Shown: positions 12,018-25,267 of the stretch, piece by piece
Layout: every line of letters begins with the position of its first letter
Numbering within the stretch: the stretch's first letter is position 1
Origin: Camelus dromedarius
Lineage: Eukaryota
NCBI RefSeq assembly: GCF_036321535.1
Contig: NC_087437.1
Coordinates: 45,012,001 to 45,076,000, forward strand
Reading direction: 5' to 3'
Length of the DNA stretch: 64,000 nucleotides
Program-made: the position numbers and the translations under genes
Notes under the pieces: model-generated
Told to the model about the DNA's origin: nothing
The model's input: the letters and a program-made list of their open reading frames with translations, nothing else
The model's database searches: none

Positions 12018-12341
12018 TGTGTATGTGTGTATATAGACATATATTTAAAACCCCAAAGCACATTATATTAAAATTGAAATTATATGATATGTAATTGCAT
12101 ATAATTATAATATATATTTACACATATTTATAAAATAAACACAATGATATTATATGTTAACTATAAGCAACATTTCTTTCTAGACCTGATTCTTAAAATG
12201 TCAGACTAGCAAAGAGAAACTGGTTTTGGAAGGCTGAAGTTTAAAATGTAACTACAGGCACAGAAGTGGCTGTGGACACTATCCTTAGGTCAGAAATTTC
12301 AGTTTGTTTCCTACCCTGTCACTTCAAGTCTAATTCTCAAT

Positions 12342-12362
12342 TTCTTCTTCTTCTTCTTCTTC
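12342..12362. repeat. (TTC)7 microsatellite
   Basis: Read directly. Confidence 0.9.
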
Positions 12363-14099
12363 AAAAAAAGTGATAGGACTGGAGTCCAGAGTCCCTCAGG
12401 CCCCCATCTGTTCTAACACATAATCATTCTCATAGATCAAGTAAATGAAGCTTGTACCTCACGGAACTGACAATCTGGTTTTAGGTTAATTTAACATTTC
12501 TAAGACTCTGGTTCAGATGCCTACTCCAGTGATAATGCGTGATAATGGATTAGCTCAAGACCTCCTTCAATTAAGGTCTACATAATACATGTAAATGTGG
12601 TTAGAATGTAGACATCCCTGGGGAAACTAAAATTGTTCTCATGCTTAAGGTATTTTATGACTCTTACATCTTCTTAAATTTTACCTTGTCTGTTCCTTCC
12701 GACCAGTTTCCTTGACTAAGCATGAAATGGTCTTGGCCTGTCTGGTGTGCAGGTAACTCCAGTTTGTGGGTGAAGACAGCTCACCACCCAGCTGTGTCAC
12801 CCGCCTACAGCCACGCGTCTTATTTTCAAGCAGTGACTTCTGCATCTGCAAAGTGCTATTTTCAGCTCTGTTCGTACTTGACAGCTTTGCTTCCTTGTGC
12901 CATGGAACTGTTCAAAGACTTCTTTTTCTTTTCTGTCCTTAGCAAGTGACCCAGCAACAGAGCTGCCATTCCACACAGAGAGTTAGAGGCACTGGTGCCT
13001 AATCCCATCTGGCCTTGGGGATCTTGCAAGTAACTGTGCTGTTTAGTGCCCCTTCCCACATTCCTTGCAGGAGCTGACAGCCATTAAGGAAATGGTTGGC
13101 TGGAAAAGCTGACATTTTGGAAATAACCAATTAAAAGAATCTCAAGATAAAGAACCTAAAAATAATTCCCAGCACAACTTTTCTTGGCAGAGTAGAGCCA
13201 GCTGCTAAGAGAGGAGTTTGAGTTTGGTATCTTCCACATGCCTCATAGAACCCAATACTGAAGAGAAGCCAGATGTTTAATAAGGAAAAGGAAAAAAAAA
13301 TACACGTGTAAAGTGCAATATACGTAAATCAGTGCTTGGAAAATACAACACAGACTACTACTGGGTGATATTCTTGGGGAACGTGGAGAGAGAAACAGGG
13401 ACAAGTAGCAAAGTAACTCTAAATTGTTATTACACTGATGACAGTTTAAGTCAAGGGCATTTTTCCTTGTTTTCAAGCTGAAAATTTTTCTTATACGATT
13501 GGACTTCATAACAGATTTTTTTCTTTAATGCATTTGCAAAAATGTACTTCATACTGCTTTTATTATTTGATTTTCTTGACACCTTAAAAATTAGAGGCAC
13601 TGGCATCACTAAAATAAAGAATACATTTCACTCTTCTACTATGCAGATTAACCTGTGCTGTGTGCAAAACTTCTGTCTACATCCTGGAAAGATCCATGCT
13701 CAGCATACACAATATAGGCCAGCATGGCTTAAAACCCATTCAAGGTGCAGATCAGACTATTGTGCTCCTTGGGAGTACATCTGAAACAAATTTTGAAAGG
13801 TCTGGAGGTTTTGTTTGGCAAAGAATTGAGCAAGAAATCTCTTGGGCTTCTTCTCAAGAATTTTCCTGAAGGAAATCTTTTGTGTGTGTGTGTTTGTGAC
13901 ATTCAGAAGAGAAAGTCAAACACTAAGCCTTTGGTAAGGTCCACACTCTCCTTTATTTGGATCAGTTCATATTCAGAACATCTGAAGAGCAGCATGAGCA
14001 TAATGCATTTTAGAAAAAGATTAATACTAGAAGGTTAGTTCCTTAACATAATAAAAGTATTCTTTTGACAGTATGATAGCTAAAGGTCTAATTTATTAT

Positions 14100-14215
14100 C
14101 AATAAAAATAACAGCTACCATTTATTGAATTTTCACTATGCTCCAATAGTCCTTTAATCCAGACAACAAAACTGAGATCCCGTTTTTACAGTTCGAAATC
14201 TAGATCAAGTAACAA
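14100..14215 (-). mobile_element. MIR fragment
   Basis: aataacagctaccatttattga is the reverse MIR tail, followed by ttttacag...tcaagtaac. Confidence 0.6.
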
Positions 14216-14834
14216 AGCAAACAACAAAATGCCCTTCACTCTTCTGCACAACCGTATGGAATTGCTGTTTTTATAGCTAAAATATGACCGAGCATCACAA
14301 TCTTATATAGTTCAATTTAAATTATAAATGGAGATATCAATAATAAATGCACTTACGGATTTCCCCTATCCCTATATTTTTGCTTTTGCTTAAGTGTATA
14401 CTGATTTAACTGCTGGTTACTAGTCTTAAGACCACATATCATATCAAAATCATCATTGTAATGATCTTGATAAACAGATAAATTGTCCCTGTTTTTCTGT
14501 ATTTCTTCTTTAGTCTAATTCTTTGATAAACACTATTCATAAATGGCAACTACCTTAGGTAAAGATCTTATTATCTAAATAAATTACAATACAGTGAAAA
14601 GAACAAAAAATAGAGACATGAAACTTTTATTTTAACTATTGGACATTAAGCAGTCCATAACTTTCGCCTCTGTTAATATTAGTGATTGTTGATACACAAT
14701 TGTGTTAAAGATTTTCTGTACTGTAGGTAGAAACATATGCTGCACATTTGCAGCCAAAAATGTTCCATTAATTGTCCCAAGTGCAAAATGCATCACTGTG
14801 CATACTTGACTATCTATTTGACCCACATATAAAT

Positions 14835-15205
14835 CTTTTCATTAACTCAAGAAACATTTATTGAAATTCCAGTCACTGTGGTTGTAGAAACAAAGCAAAA
14901 GAAAACATGCTCCCTACCCTCAGGGAGCTAAAAAGAAATTTCATAGTACAAATTTACTTTAGAGCATTATCCAAAGACAGAAAATGTTGAACATTTTGAG
15001 TTGTATGAGCATGGAATTAAATGTCTTTTAGGCAGTGAGTTTTTTGCCACTGAAATTCTTGTTTCATTCATTTTGTTTTTGCAACAAAATTCCAAATGTA
15101 TATGTGTAATTTGTTAAAGCACTGTCTTAGATGCCAGTGAAACAAAGGAAAACATGAATTGAGGTGTGATATTTGCCCAGATGGTGCTCACTTTCCAGGA
15201 AAGAC
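14835..15205 (-). mobile_element. Two L2 3'-end fragments (about 14835-14935 and 15060-15205)
   Basis: ttcattaactcaagaaacatttattga...ctccctaccctcagggagct and tttcattcatt...gcactgtcttagatgccag...gctcactttccagg. Confidence 0.6.
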
Positions 15206-15390
15206 AGCATAATGCTGTAGAAAGAATATGGCTTTTCAAATAGATTTTGGTTTGAATCCCAGTTGCTTCATGTATAATCCGTGTATCACTAAGTAATTTT
15301 TTTCTTGAACCTTTAAAATCCTTTGAAGTAAGATGGGAATAATACTTTGTAGGGATAACAGTTTTTAAAGGTGAGTGTGAATACTTGTTT
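15205..15390 (+). mobile_element. MIR SINE
   Basis: gcataatgctgtagaaaga...ggtttgaatcccag...gtaagatgggaataatac. Confidence 0.7.
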
Positions 15391-16074
15391 CTACCAATAA
15401 AACAAACAAACAGGGTCTTATTGTTATGGCCAGATGCTATTTTGTTGGGAGGCTACATACTTGTAACAAAAAACATAGTGAGCCCTCGTGGCTACGTGTG
15501 CTTTCTCTCTTTTTATCTCTAACTCTTCTCTCCCTATTCTCCTCTTTCTGAAACACACCAATTGAATGTATATAATTTGAAATAGTATTTTGACTGATAT
15601 AATAAAACTGAAAAAATCTTCCCCTTTAAACATTTTCTTATCTATTTGAAATATTTTCCTTTTGTATTTATATGGACACATCTTTTCTATGCATTATAGA
15701 TCAGACAACCTGTATTTGCTGGCATCCTTTTTACTCAGCACACTTTAATCTCTATATAGTTAATATCTATGTTTCTTACCCTGCCTTTCCCAGATATAAA
15801 TTCCTTCTTTGGTGAACTGAATGCAGCAATGAACAATTCTGAATTTTTATGAACAAATTGAATTTTTATGAAATCTTGAGGTCATAAGAAAAATAAGAGG
15901 TCACTTTCACCATTGTGTCTGTAAATGTGTGTTTCTGCCTATGTGTGCCATTTTTCATGCATTAAGTTTTGGTTTTTGAAGATAGATGTTAAAAGAATGA
16001 GATAAAAAGTATAGGTAAACTATACAGCTAGGCAACCAGTGCTTTGCACGTATTACCCTTAAAAGCTGCCAGTA

Positions 16075-16300
16075 ACTAAAAAACAACATTGATTAAGCAC
16101 TTACCATGTGCTCTGTAATGTGTTCTTGGCTTTATATGCATTATCTAACTAACCAGCTTACACGCATGATACCAATCATTACAACAATTACATGAGAAAA
16201 GTCTTATTTAAAAACCCATTATAGAGATTAGGAAGCTGAAGCTAACAAAGTTTAAGACAACAGAAGTAAGAAGCAGGTTAAGTAGAATAAAACAATTCAG
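16075..16300 (-). mobile_element. MIR SINE
   Basis: acattgattaagcacttaccatgtgc...cccattatagagattaggaagctgaagct. Confidence 0.65.
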
Positions 16301-17004
16301 TGCAGATTCCATCTTAAAAAGTGAGCAACTTTCTGCTTAGATCAGCTGCTTCTGGGCATTTTTGAAAAGCTTCCTATTGATCTTCTGGCTTCAATTATTT
16401 AAAAACGACACTCAATCTTGAAGTTATAAAGAAGTCTGGTCTTAATAGAAGTACACTGTGTTCAAGAGTGCTTGTAAAAAGTTCAAAATATTTTTCATGG
16501 CCCCTAAACCATCTGAAATAAAGACACACAGGGGAACGTATTCATAACCTGAAGTTTACTTATGGGACCTATAGCCCAGTGAAAGCATTCCTGCTTCCAC
16601 ATCACAGTAACTCCGTGTCTCTTCACTGTACCTGCTAAGGTTGTAAATACTCTTGTATGCAGCTTTTATGATAACGCTTTCCAGGAAGGCCTCTTAATTT
16701 AGCCAAAATCTGGGAAAGTTTCAAGACGGTGAAACTCTATCATAAATTTTCAAAGTGTAAGCTCTTCTGGAGAAGGCTCCCCATAAAAGAATCAAAACTT
16801 TCCCAGCAGGGTACATAGCACATCCATAAAGTAGATATCTTGCTTTCTGCTTTTCATAATTTCAAACCTCTTACTTCAAATGAAATTTTGCATATGGTAG
16901 GGCAATTATTAAAGCAAATTAAGGGAATTACATCAAGTTGCAATCTGCAATCATATTTAATACCTTTCAGACCAAATGTCTTAGTGACAGAAATATGTGG
17001 GTGT

Positions 17005-17100
17005 ATTTATATATATATATATGTGTGCATATATACATATATGTACATGTCTGTCTATGTCTATCTGTTATCTATTTAACTATCTATTGATCCATGATCC
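17005..17100. repeat. (TA)n/(TCTA)n low-complexity tract
   Basis: Read directly. Confidence 0.85.
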
Positions 17101-18356
17101 ATCTCTATAATGTGTGTTTATAACCAAAAACTGCCTACAAAACAAGAAAATATAGTATTTCAAGAAATTCCTAGAGACATAAAGATATGGAAATGGTTCT
17201 TAAGATAAGTAAGAAAAGCAAAACCAATAGTTGGCTGAAGGAAACCACTACAAAAGAAAAACACACAAGGAGGCCAAACAAGAGCAGTTCCAGAGGAATA
17301 ACCTACTCAGACTAAAGAAAGGAGGCAAACTAGACCAATGATCAGGATCAGCAACAGACTAACAAACACCAGAATAATGATGTCTGGGCCCACCCTTTCT
17401 CTCCCCCAACAAATTCTGAAGAGCTAAGAGGGAAATGGATTGTGAACTGGAAAAACACAAACTCATGATATACTGAGACCATCAGCATTAGAGATACAGG
17501 GCTTTGCCCTCGGTAACCTAAAATACCAAGTAAGAAAAATGATCCAATAACCCTGCAAGAAAAATACTCCTAGTTTTATGTTTCTATTTCCTATAAATAC
17601 AGGGAGACTGCACCTGGGATGTCAATCTGTGCTGTTGAGTAACACAATTAAGTCTACACTGTCAACTGCAAGATTGATCAGACAACTCTTGAACACTAGA
17701 TAATTCAGGAAAGCTAACATTTGAGCTAAATCTTAAAATTGGATCCATAATTCCACACTTTAACGGATGCCACACATTAGAGTACCCACCTATCCTGCTG
17801 AGTATTAACTATGAGGTCCTAGAAACTTCCAACACATCTTTTCTTCTGTGCTTTCAAAATTGATGTATGAATGCCTAATGCAGTGAAATTTCATCTGTTA
17901 GTGACAGATTCTTTGTTCAAGTGTGGTGAGAATTTGAGCTATAAAAATCACTTAAATAACAGAAAAGAAAAAAAATATTATGTCAATCTTTTCTCTTATA
18001 TATCATGAATGTAACAGAATCTTACATAATGAAGTGCATTGTCAAGTGTCCTTTTTCTTGCTTCTCTTTGTGTTTTAATTTGTGGGTTCTGGAGGTACTT
18101 ATTATATTTGTGGCTGTGAAATATTTTGTATACTCATATTACTCATACATTTGTATATATTTTGGCCTGACTTTAATATTTGTAAGATCAATACTAATTT
18201 TTATATCACTAATTTGCTACCAAATTGAGCACCAAAATTGTGAATATTTTTATATTTATAAAAATTAATATTTAATTAAATTTTATTAAAGTTAAAATTT
18301 CTGTTGAAATTAAATAATTTTCAAATTTTGATATCTATTAAAGATATTTATTTTTT

Positions 18357-18514
18357 ATTTATTTTTTAACAGTTTTATTGATTTATAATCATTTTACAAT
18401 GTTGTGTCAAATTCCAGTGTAGAGCACAATTCTTCAGTTATACATGAACATATATATATATTCATTGTCACATTTTTTTCTCTGTGAGCTACCATAAGAT
18501 CTTGTATATATTTC
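18357..18514 (-). mobile_element. Young 5'-truncated LINE-1 3' end (camelid-type) with 16-bp TSD
   Basis: Minus strand reads gaaatatatacaagatcttatggtagctcacagagaaaaaaatgtgacaatgaa...gctctacactggaatttgacacaacattgtaaaatgattataaatcaataaaa. Identical flanks aagatatttatttttt at 18341-18356 and 18515-18530. Confidence 0.85.
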
Positions 18515-18696
18515 AAGATATTTATTTTTTTAATTTTAAGAAATAAATTTATATTTTCAGATGGCCAATGGCTTTCTTGGAAACACACAGGAAAATAATT
18601 TTAATTTTCAGTGTTTATATTTATTTTAATTTAATTTTTGTTAAATATGCTTAATTATTTGTATTTAAAACATAAATGCATTTTAATTTTTAATCA

Positions 18697-18893
18697 TTTA
18701 GATTCAGTTTTTTCTGTAAAGAACTAAACACTAAATAATTTTGGCTTTGTAAACTACAAATGGTCACTCTTACATATTCTTCATTATGTTTTATAATATT
18801 CTTAAAACATTAAAACCATTCTTAGCTTACAGGTATACAAAAATAGGTTACACTCTAGATTTTGCCTAGCAGCCTACTTCACTGACTCCTGCT
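18697..18893. mobile_element. MER58C-like hAT-Charlie MITE
   Basis: ttttttctgtaaag...ttttggctttg...aaaaccattcttagct...tacaaaaatagg...gactcctg. Confidence 0.7.
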
Positions 18894-21054
18894 TTAGGTC
18901 ACTACTATAAATAGAATGCACATCAAGTGAACACCCTGATTAAAAAACAAAATTAGTGGTTTTGCTGAAGGTAAAACAAATAGACTTTTTTTTAAAAAAA
19001 AAAAAAAGGATAGTAAATATAGGATTTATATCTCACTGTAATTATTACCAATATAAATACTGCTGGCTTATAAATGAGCCCCATATGGGCATGTATAATG
19101 ATAAATATATACAGAGTTTTTGATTTTTTATCAAATTCGGTCATATAAAAACCTTATTTATGCAGATTTTTAAAATTTATCTTTCTGAAGGTATATTTGG
19201 TAAAGTAGGGGAATGGAACATATTATATTTAACAGTTTGTTCAATTGATGTATCATTTCTAAATGTTTAGATATATGGTATATATTTGTACTCTTGTCCT
19301 GGATGTGATAAATGTTAGAAGAAGGTCTAAAGCCAACAAATTCAATAAACAGAATTAGTAGATTACTAGAAGAACGATTCCACAGGGCAAACGACCGTGA
19401 ATAACAAAGGGAGTATAATTTATATTCTCAGAGAAATTTGAGATGGTATAATCACATCCATAATTCAAGAATGGCTGTTAGGAAAAACATATGCAGGGTC
19501 TTGGGAATTATAACTTGGTCATCAATATTAAAAAATACTAAATGGACTCACAATGCCATGGCTCTTCAAAATTTGTTTTCATTAAAACAATACGGAACTT
19601 TTTGTTTCTTCAATTCCCTAATACCATTTATTCAATGCTTGTTACATTACTACTCATGACACTATAACAGTCCTACTATTATCCATGAATACTAGCTTCC
19701 AGGGACTCTATCAAAACTGATTGCTGTGTTTTTTTATGATGACCACAAATACAAGTCTTAACCAGAGTACACAGGAAAATGATAATTTAATATTTGGTCT
19801 TATTGAATTTACCATTTGAAATATTATAGTAAAGTCCTAGAACAGCCTTTTTTTCCAATCATGTCTTCTCATGAACTCTTCAGGCCACAATCACTGTATT
19901 CCTAGAATACAATTTCTTGCCTTTCACAAACTGCTATCAGCAAGGTAGACAATTAAGGCCCCGTGGGTGGACTGGGAAGTTTACATTCACATAAAGAATT
20001 TCTGTCCCTCATCTGTTAGTTCTGAAGACTGGCCTAGGAGACTGGGACATAACCAAATCAACTGGAGGCAACAGAGGATATTAATCAGAAAGGCCCACTG
20101 GTATTGGCATTGCAGAAAGTGGTCTGGATAATTTGTGGTGATTACAGGCATCACTACTCTTGGAGAACTGCTTTACACATGGTGTGGAACCCGTGGAAGG
20201 GTTGAGTGACCATGTTGGGTGCCAGTGCTGGAAATGCACAGGAATAAGGATACCTGCTACTACCACTGCTACTCTCAGGTGAGATGGACAAGAGGCAGCA
20301 CTGCAGTCAGAGCTGGTGAGAGCTGATGCATGGACTCAGGCATGTGGCTCATCCCAAGGGTCAGTGAAGAAATGTTGGTAGCCCAGAGCCCTGAATTGGT
20401 CCTGTGTCCAACATGAGTATCATACAAAATCACCATGTCAACACTATTCTGGTGGTGCAATTTTACACATAACAGTGGACTGTAAATTAATCACTGTTCT
20501 AGCCGATGGATGTGATCCACTCATCAGACTACCTTTCTGGGACAGAAGCCTAGATACAGGGCTCCAGGATGACTGCAAAGGCATCCGGTTGATGCCATAC
20601 ATGAAATAAAGGTTTGGTGATCATTCCAAAGGATAAAAACCAGAACTAGAAACCATGAAGATCCTGTTTGGTTTGGGGTGCTCTGCCTAGACTGCCCTCC
20701 CAGTCCTAGACAGTCTTGAGAAACTCTACAAGTACTTAGAAAAATTTGTAGTAGGCATCTGTAGTGCCTGAAAGCCACCCAGATAATAACATGCTGGTGC
20801 AATCTAGAAATTTTCAAAGTTCTAAAAATAAGGCATGCTGTGTGAGATGTGTGAGACCTTGAGATGCAGGGCCCAGGCCAAGGGCCCCAGTTGCTTGGTC
20901 TAAATGTGGCATTACTTTCAGAAAAGTCTTAAAGCCTTTCTGATTACTTACACAGATCTTGAGTAGATATTTAAAGCTCTGAACTGAATTTATCATTTTC
21001 TTTCTTCAAATTCTCCTAAAGAAATCAACCAAGCCTACCTTTCCTAGCAATATT

Positions 21055-21668
21055 TCTATCAGTCATAGAAGCAGAGCCACTGTGGGTATTATAGAAATAA
21101 GATACTTAGTATAAAATTAAACCTTACAGAGGGTGGTAGGAGCTGGGGAAATGAGGGTCTGAAATGGGGCTTAGAAGAAGCAGAGAAACGGTCACTGACT
21201 AGTACTCCTCAAAGTACTGTATAGTCGAATAAATAAGAGCTTTCAGGGAAAAGCTGATAAGCCAAGCATGTTCAGCAATCACAAAAGAATCACAAAGGGA
21301 GAGCACTAAAGCAGTCTATGAGAGCCTGTTGTCCCAGGTAGCTCCATCCTACGACCTCTGTGGGTCTGCGTCCAAGTATCTCGTAGTATGTTTGGGGCTC
21401 GTATTAGTCATCAGGGCTACAAGTCAGGAAGACTAGCTGGACACAGAGTAGACAGAAAGGACAAGCTGGGACTGACCAGGAACCCCTGAGGCTATGAGGC
21501 ATCTCGTTTGATCACAATGACCTTCTGAGAGTAACGTGGCTTCACCTTTGCTTTTAGAATGCTGTGAAGTTCCTCTTTGACCAACTCTAACCATCAGCCA
21601 TAAAGGAAGAATATTTTGGGGAATGTAGTGCCCGGTTAACTAAAATCAACATAGCACAATCCAGCATA
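21055..21668 (-). mobile_element. ERVL solo LTR, MLT2F-like
   Basis: tatcagtc...gaagcagagccactg, ctctgtgggtctgcgtccaag, gaccaactctaac, ggggaatgtagtgccc match the reverse MLT2F/E consensus as recalled. Confidence 0.7.
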
Positions 21669-22189
21669 CATGGTCTAAAGCAGTGCATTTATGATATTTT
21701 TCTTCATTTCCTCTAGATGTTCCCTTTTGCTAACCCTCTTTGGAGACCTTGGGCAATTTTAAGCTTTTATCTTACACTTCCATGTGAAAGGAGAGAGTTG
21801 ATCTCACCTGAAAAATCTGAAGAAAACTCTCATGACGTCTTATTGCCTCTGGTTGGCTTGGAAGCCTATCTCTGAACCAGTCACTTTGTCTAGTGGGTTG
21901 ATACATTCTGCTTGGCCTAAGGACAGCAGTTCGCACTACTGAAGTAGTGAATTTGGCAACAAATTCCATTCTATCCAAATATCAGGACTACCAGCATGTG
22001 CGTGCAGGTAGCTCTACATTGTCTGTGTGAATGGTGCTCTGCCAAAATTGACTGAGGGTTTAGGGGAAGGGGTACTGGGTTTACTACATTAAATGAAGAA
22101 AATTTTTCAGTGCTAATAAAAGACAGTCTTTATATTCAAAGGATGAATTTAGTAGCATGCAAGGTTAATGTAAACAAACCAGCAAAGCA

Positions 22190-22490
22190 TATATGGATAT
22201 ATCTTGATGAAATTTTGGGCTCCAAGAATAGAAATAAAACATTTAAAACTTCCACAGAAGAAAAAACAAGTTTCCTTTACTGAGACAAAGGTTAGGTTTT
22301 CATCAGAAGTCCAAACAAATATACTGAATGTTAGAATGGAAAACAATGGAATAGAATGGAAAACAATCTTTAAAATTATGAGAATTTTAAACACACCGCC
22401 AAAGTAAAATTCAAGGATGCTTGCAATATAGATACATTTTTGGATGTGCAAGGGCTGAGAAAATCACCACCCATCATTCTGTTCAGAAAT
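22190..22490 (+). mobile_element. Ancient L1 (L1ME/L1M5-like) ORF1 C-terminal fragment
   Basis: ORF-track KKKQVSFTETKVRFSSEVQTNILNVR...EWKTIFKIMR resembles L1 ORF1 KQVTYKGTKIRLASDFS...QWSNIFKILR. Confidence 0.75.
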
Positions 22491-23329
22491 AATTACTCCA
22501 GAATTTACTCCCGCAGAATGGAATGGATAAAAGAAGAGATGGTATAGACAAAATAGTTCTGAGAATAGACATGATTTAAAAATAAGTAATTATTAATAAA
22601 AAATGTAAAGATTATTTTCTATAGCAACCCAAACCCTACACCTAAGAACATATGTTAGGCATGATGCAGAGAACTGATGGATTATTGTGGCTGTGCTATT
22701 TGATGCAAAGTAGATGTGCCACTTTCAGTGTGTGTAACTTGATAAAACAGAGTAGCAGAGACATCTTATCTAGTGTAGGCATTGCCTATTTTTCAGCTAC
22801 AACTTCTATTGTTTCATGCATTTTTCTTGAAAAAGCAATGGCTAAAATGGACTTCCTTAATCTAGCTCTATTATGCAGTGGCTACCCACTTCCTGGTTAA
22901 AAAATTATGTTAACTGAGGAACTGTAGAGTGGATATGTACACAAGAGAGCTCTATAGTTTACTCTTAGTACTTTTTCCCTTCTTAATTCATTAGTAATTA
23001 GTTAGCATTTTATTAGATAGTGAATGCTTCTTTCAATTTCCTATAGTTGAGCAATGCTAAGATTTAGAATGGAATTAACTTGGATAGTTTTATTACAATA
23101 AAAGATTGGTCTTTTCCCCCAATTTTGTTTTTACTATTATCTAATAAAACAAGTTTACAATCAAGTGGGAAAATATGGTATGTGTTGAGAAATGAGAAGT
23201 AAAAATAAAAAGTCAGGCATGAAAGTAGTTAAGGGAGCTTTACTGAGTCTGTTACAGAGAGGGGTGCTTGCAAATTGAAGTTACAGCTCTCTCTTTTTAC
23301 TCTCAGTATTAACGTTCAAGATTTGTGAG

Positions 23330-23480
23330 TCTTAGCAAGTGTGGACTTTACAAGTGCTATCAGGACTAGGAAAGAATAGATCTTAGTCTCTTCACTCCCC
23401 TCCTGCCCTCTGTGAATACTTAAATAAGATACTTTCTTGCATCTGAACTGGACAGCACTGACTTATTTCTGTGCTAGTAA
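23330..23480 (-). mobile_element. Possible CR1/L3 3' fragment
   Basis: Weak resemblance to L3 (tcttatttaagtattc...gaagagactaagatctattc on the minus strand). Confidence 0.3.
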
Positions 23481-24451
23481 GTTTCACATCTCCCATATCT
23501 TTTGTCTTCATTAAGTCACGACAACTTTCAAGCTGTCTCAAAGAAGGCCTTTACCATGATATATTCTAGCTTCAATACAAGCAGGGCCAGTCTTCTATGT
23601 CTAATTTAAGAATGTATATTTTATGTTTGTAGTTAGTGTTCCCTATGGTATATTCAATAAAACTACCCAAGCAACCAACTACCTAAAAAAAAAAGAAAGA
23701 AAAGAAAACACATACAAACAAAAGACCATTCATTTGTACAAATTTCTTCTATAAAACTCTCTCCTATGGAGGCAGAAAGTATAACATCAAATAGCTGAAA
23801 TTGCTGTAAATATTTATAGTTAAATATGTATCTTGGGGGATAGTATGTAGGTGACGTTCTTTATTCTATTGAAAAATCACTGCAGCTTCAACTCTTTTTA
23901 GTGAAATATTTTTTGAAATGGGACATTATTCATAGCTGATTCACTTCACATCAAGTAAAGCATATTTCATCTGTTACTTTACCTTATTATGAGGGCATAT
24001 AACTGGATTTTTCAATTCTAGATACAGAAATGCATGCAGGGCCATGGTTCTCACACTGTTTTGATAAAAATTATATTAAAATTAATTGTTGGGTTATATC
24101 AAAGTCAGCATAAAAATGAAATAGTTTTGTTATTTTATTCTGATCACACTATATATATATTAACTTTAATAAACAACCAGAAGTTTTACTTTATGAACAA
24201 GAAATACTGGATTGTGTAGTACCATATTAAAGAATTTAGTGAACTACTCAAAAGGAGGAAATGTCAGATTTTAAACTGACGAGAGAGGGAAACTGAAACA
24301 TTCGTCTCCCTGAGGAATAGCAAACTCTGGGGGAGCTATGGGAAGGTATTTCTGCTTATATCAGTTACCACTAAGAAGCTAGCTAATTCACATTCAGATA
24401 AATTTCCACCCCCCACAAAAAAAAAAAAAATGTATTCGCAAAGTCTTAGTG

Positions 24452-24989
24452 TTTCTGTCTGCTACTTATGGCTGTGTAACAAACCAATTTAAAACTTAGT
24501 GCCTTAAAGCAATAATGATTTATTAGTTTTCATAAACCTGTGGGTTGGATGGCTGCTTAGCTGGGATCCCTCTGATGCTCTTGCCCCCAGTAGCTGTTCA
24601 CCTATAGCCTGGAGGATATAGGACAGTCCGGTTCACTATCCAGAGCCCTGTTGGCTCTGGATGGAAGATTTAGGACAGTCCCATTCACTATCAAGAGCGT
24701 AGTTGCTGGCTATTGGCTGGCCTCTATCTCTCTTTCCACATCACTCGATCTACTGCTCATCATTTGGAGTCTAGTCCTGCCTTTGTGAAGGAAGCATCCT
24801 ACTAGGACAAAGAAAGAAGCTGGAGAATCTCTCGAGGCCCAGAACGCACATCTCAGACAATATCACAAGCCACATTCTTAGTCGAAAAGATTTCAAGTTC
24901 AGTTCAGATTTAAGGGATGGTAAGTAGACTCCATCTCTCGATGGAATAAGCTACAAAATTTGTGGCAATATATTTTAATCCAATCCATA
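24452..24989 (-). mobile_element. MaLR solo LTR, MLT1H/J/K-like
   Basis: gctgtgtaacaaacc...aaaacttagtgccttaaagcaataatgatttatt, tagactccatctctcgatgga, aaaatttgtggc. Confidence 0.8.
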
Positions 24990-25051
24990 GTCTCTCTCTC
25001 TCTCATTGTGATTTGAAAATTAACAAAAAGAAGGATGACTTTAGTCTACTG

Positions 25052-25266
25052 CAGAGGTCAGCAAACTTTTTGTACAAAAGGTTAGACAGCAAATACTCAG
25101 ATTTTAAGAAATCTTAAGTTCTCTATCATAACTCTTCAACTCTATGATTGTCGGATGAAAGCAGTCATAAATAACACATAACATAATTGGTTGTCTGTGT
25201 TACAGTACAACCCTATTGATAGAAACAGTGGCTGGATTTGGCCCATGGGTAGTTTGCTGAACCCTG
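25052..25266. mobile_element. MER58A hAT-Charlie MITE
   Basis: cagaggtcagcaaactttt...gaaagcagtcata...ggatttggcccatgggtagtttgctgaaccctg, with both TIRs present. Confidence 0.88.
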
Positions 25267-25267
25267 A

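Noticed and set aside
11797-12094. ORFs with CVCVCV / HTHTHT repeats
   Set aside because: Translation of the (AC)21 microsatellite and the Charlie element.
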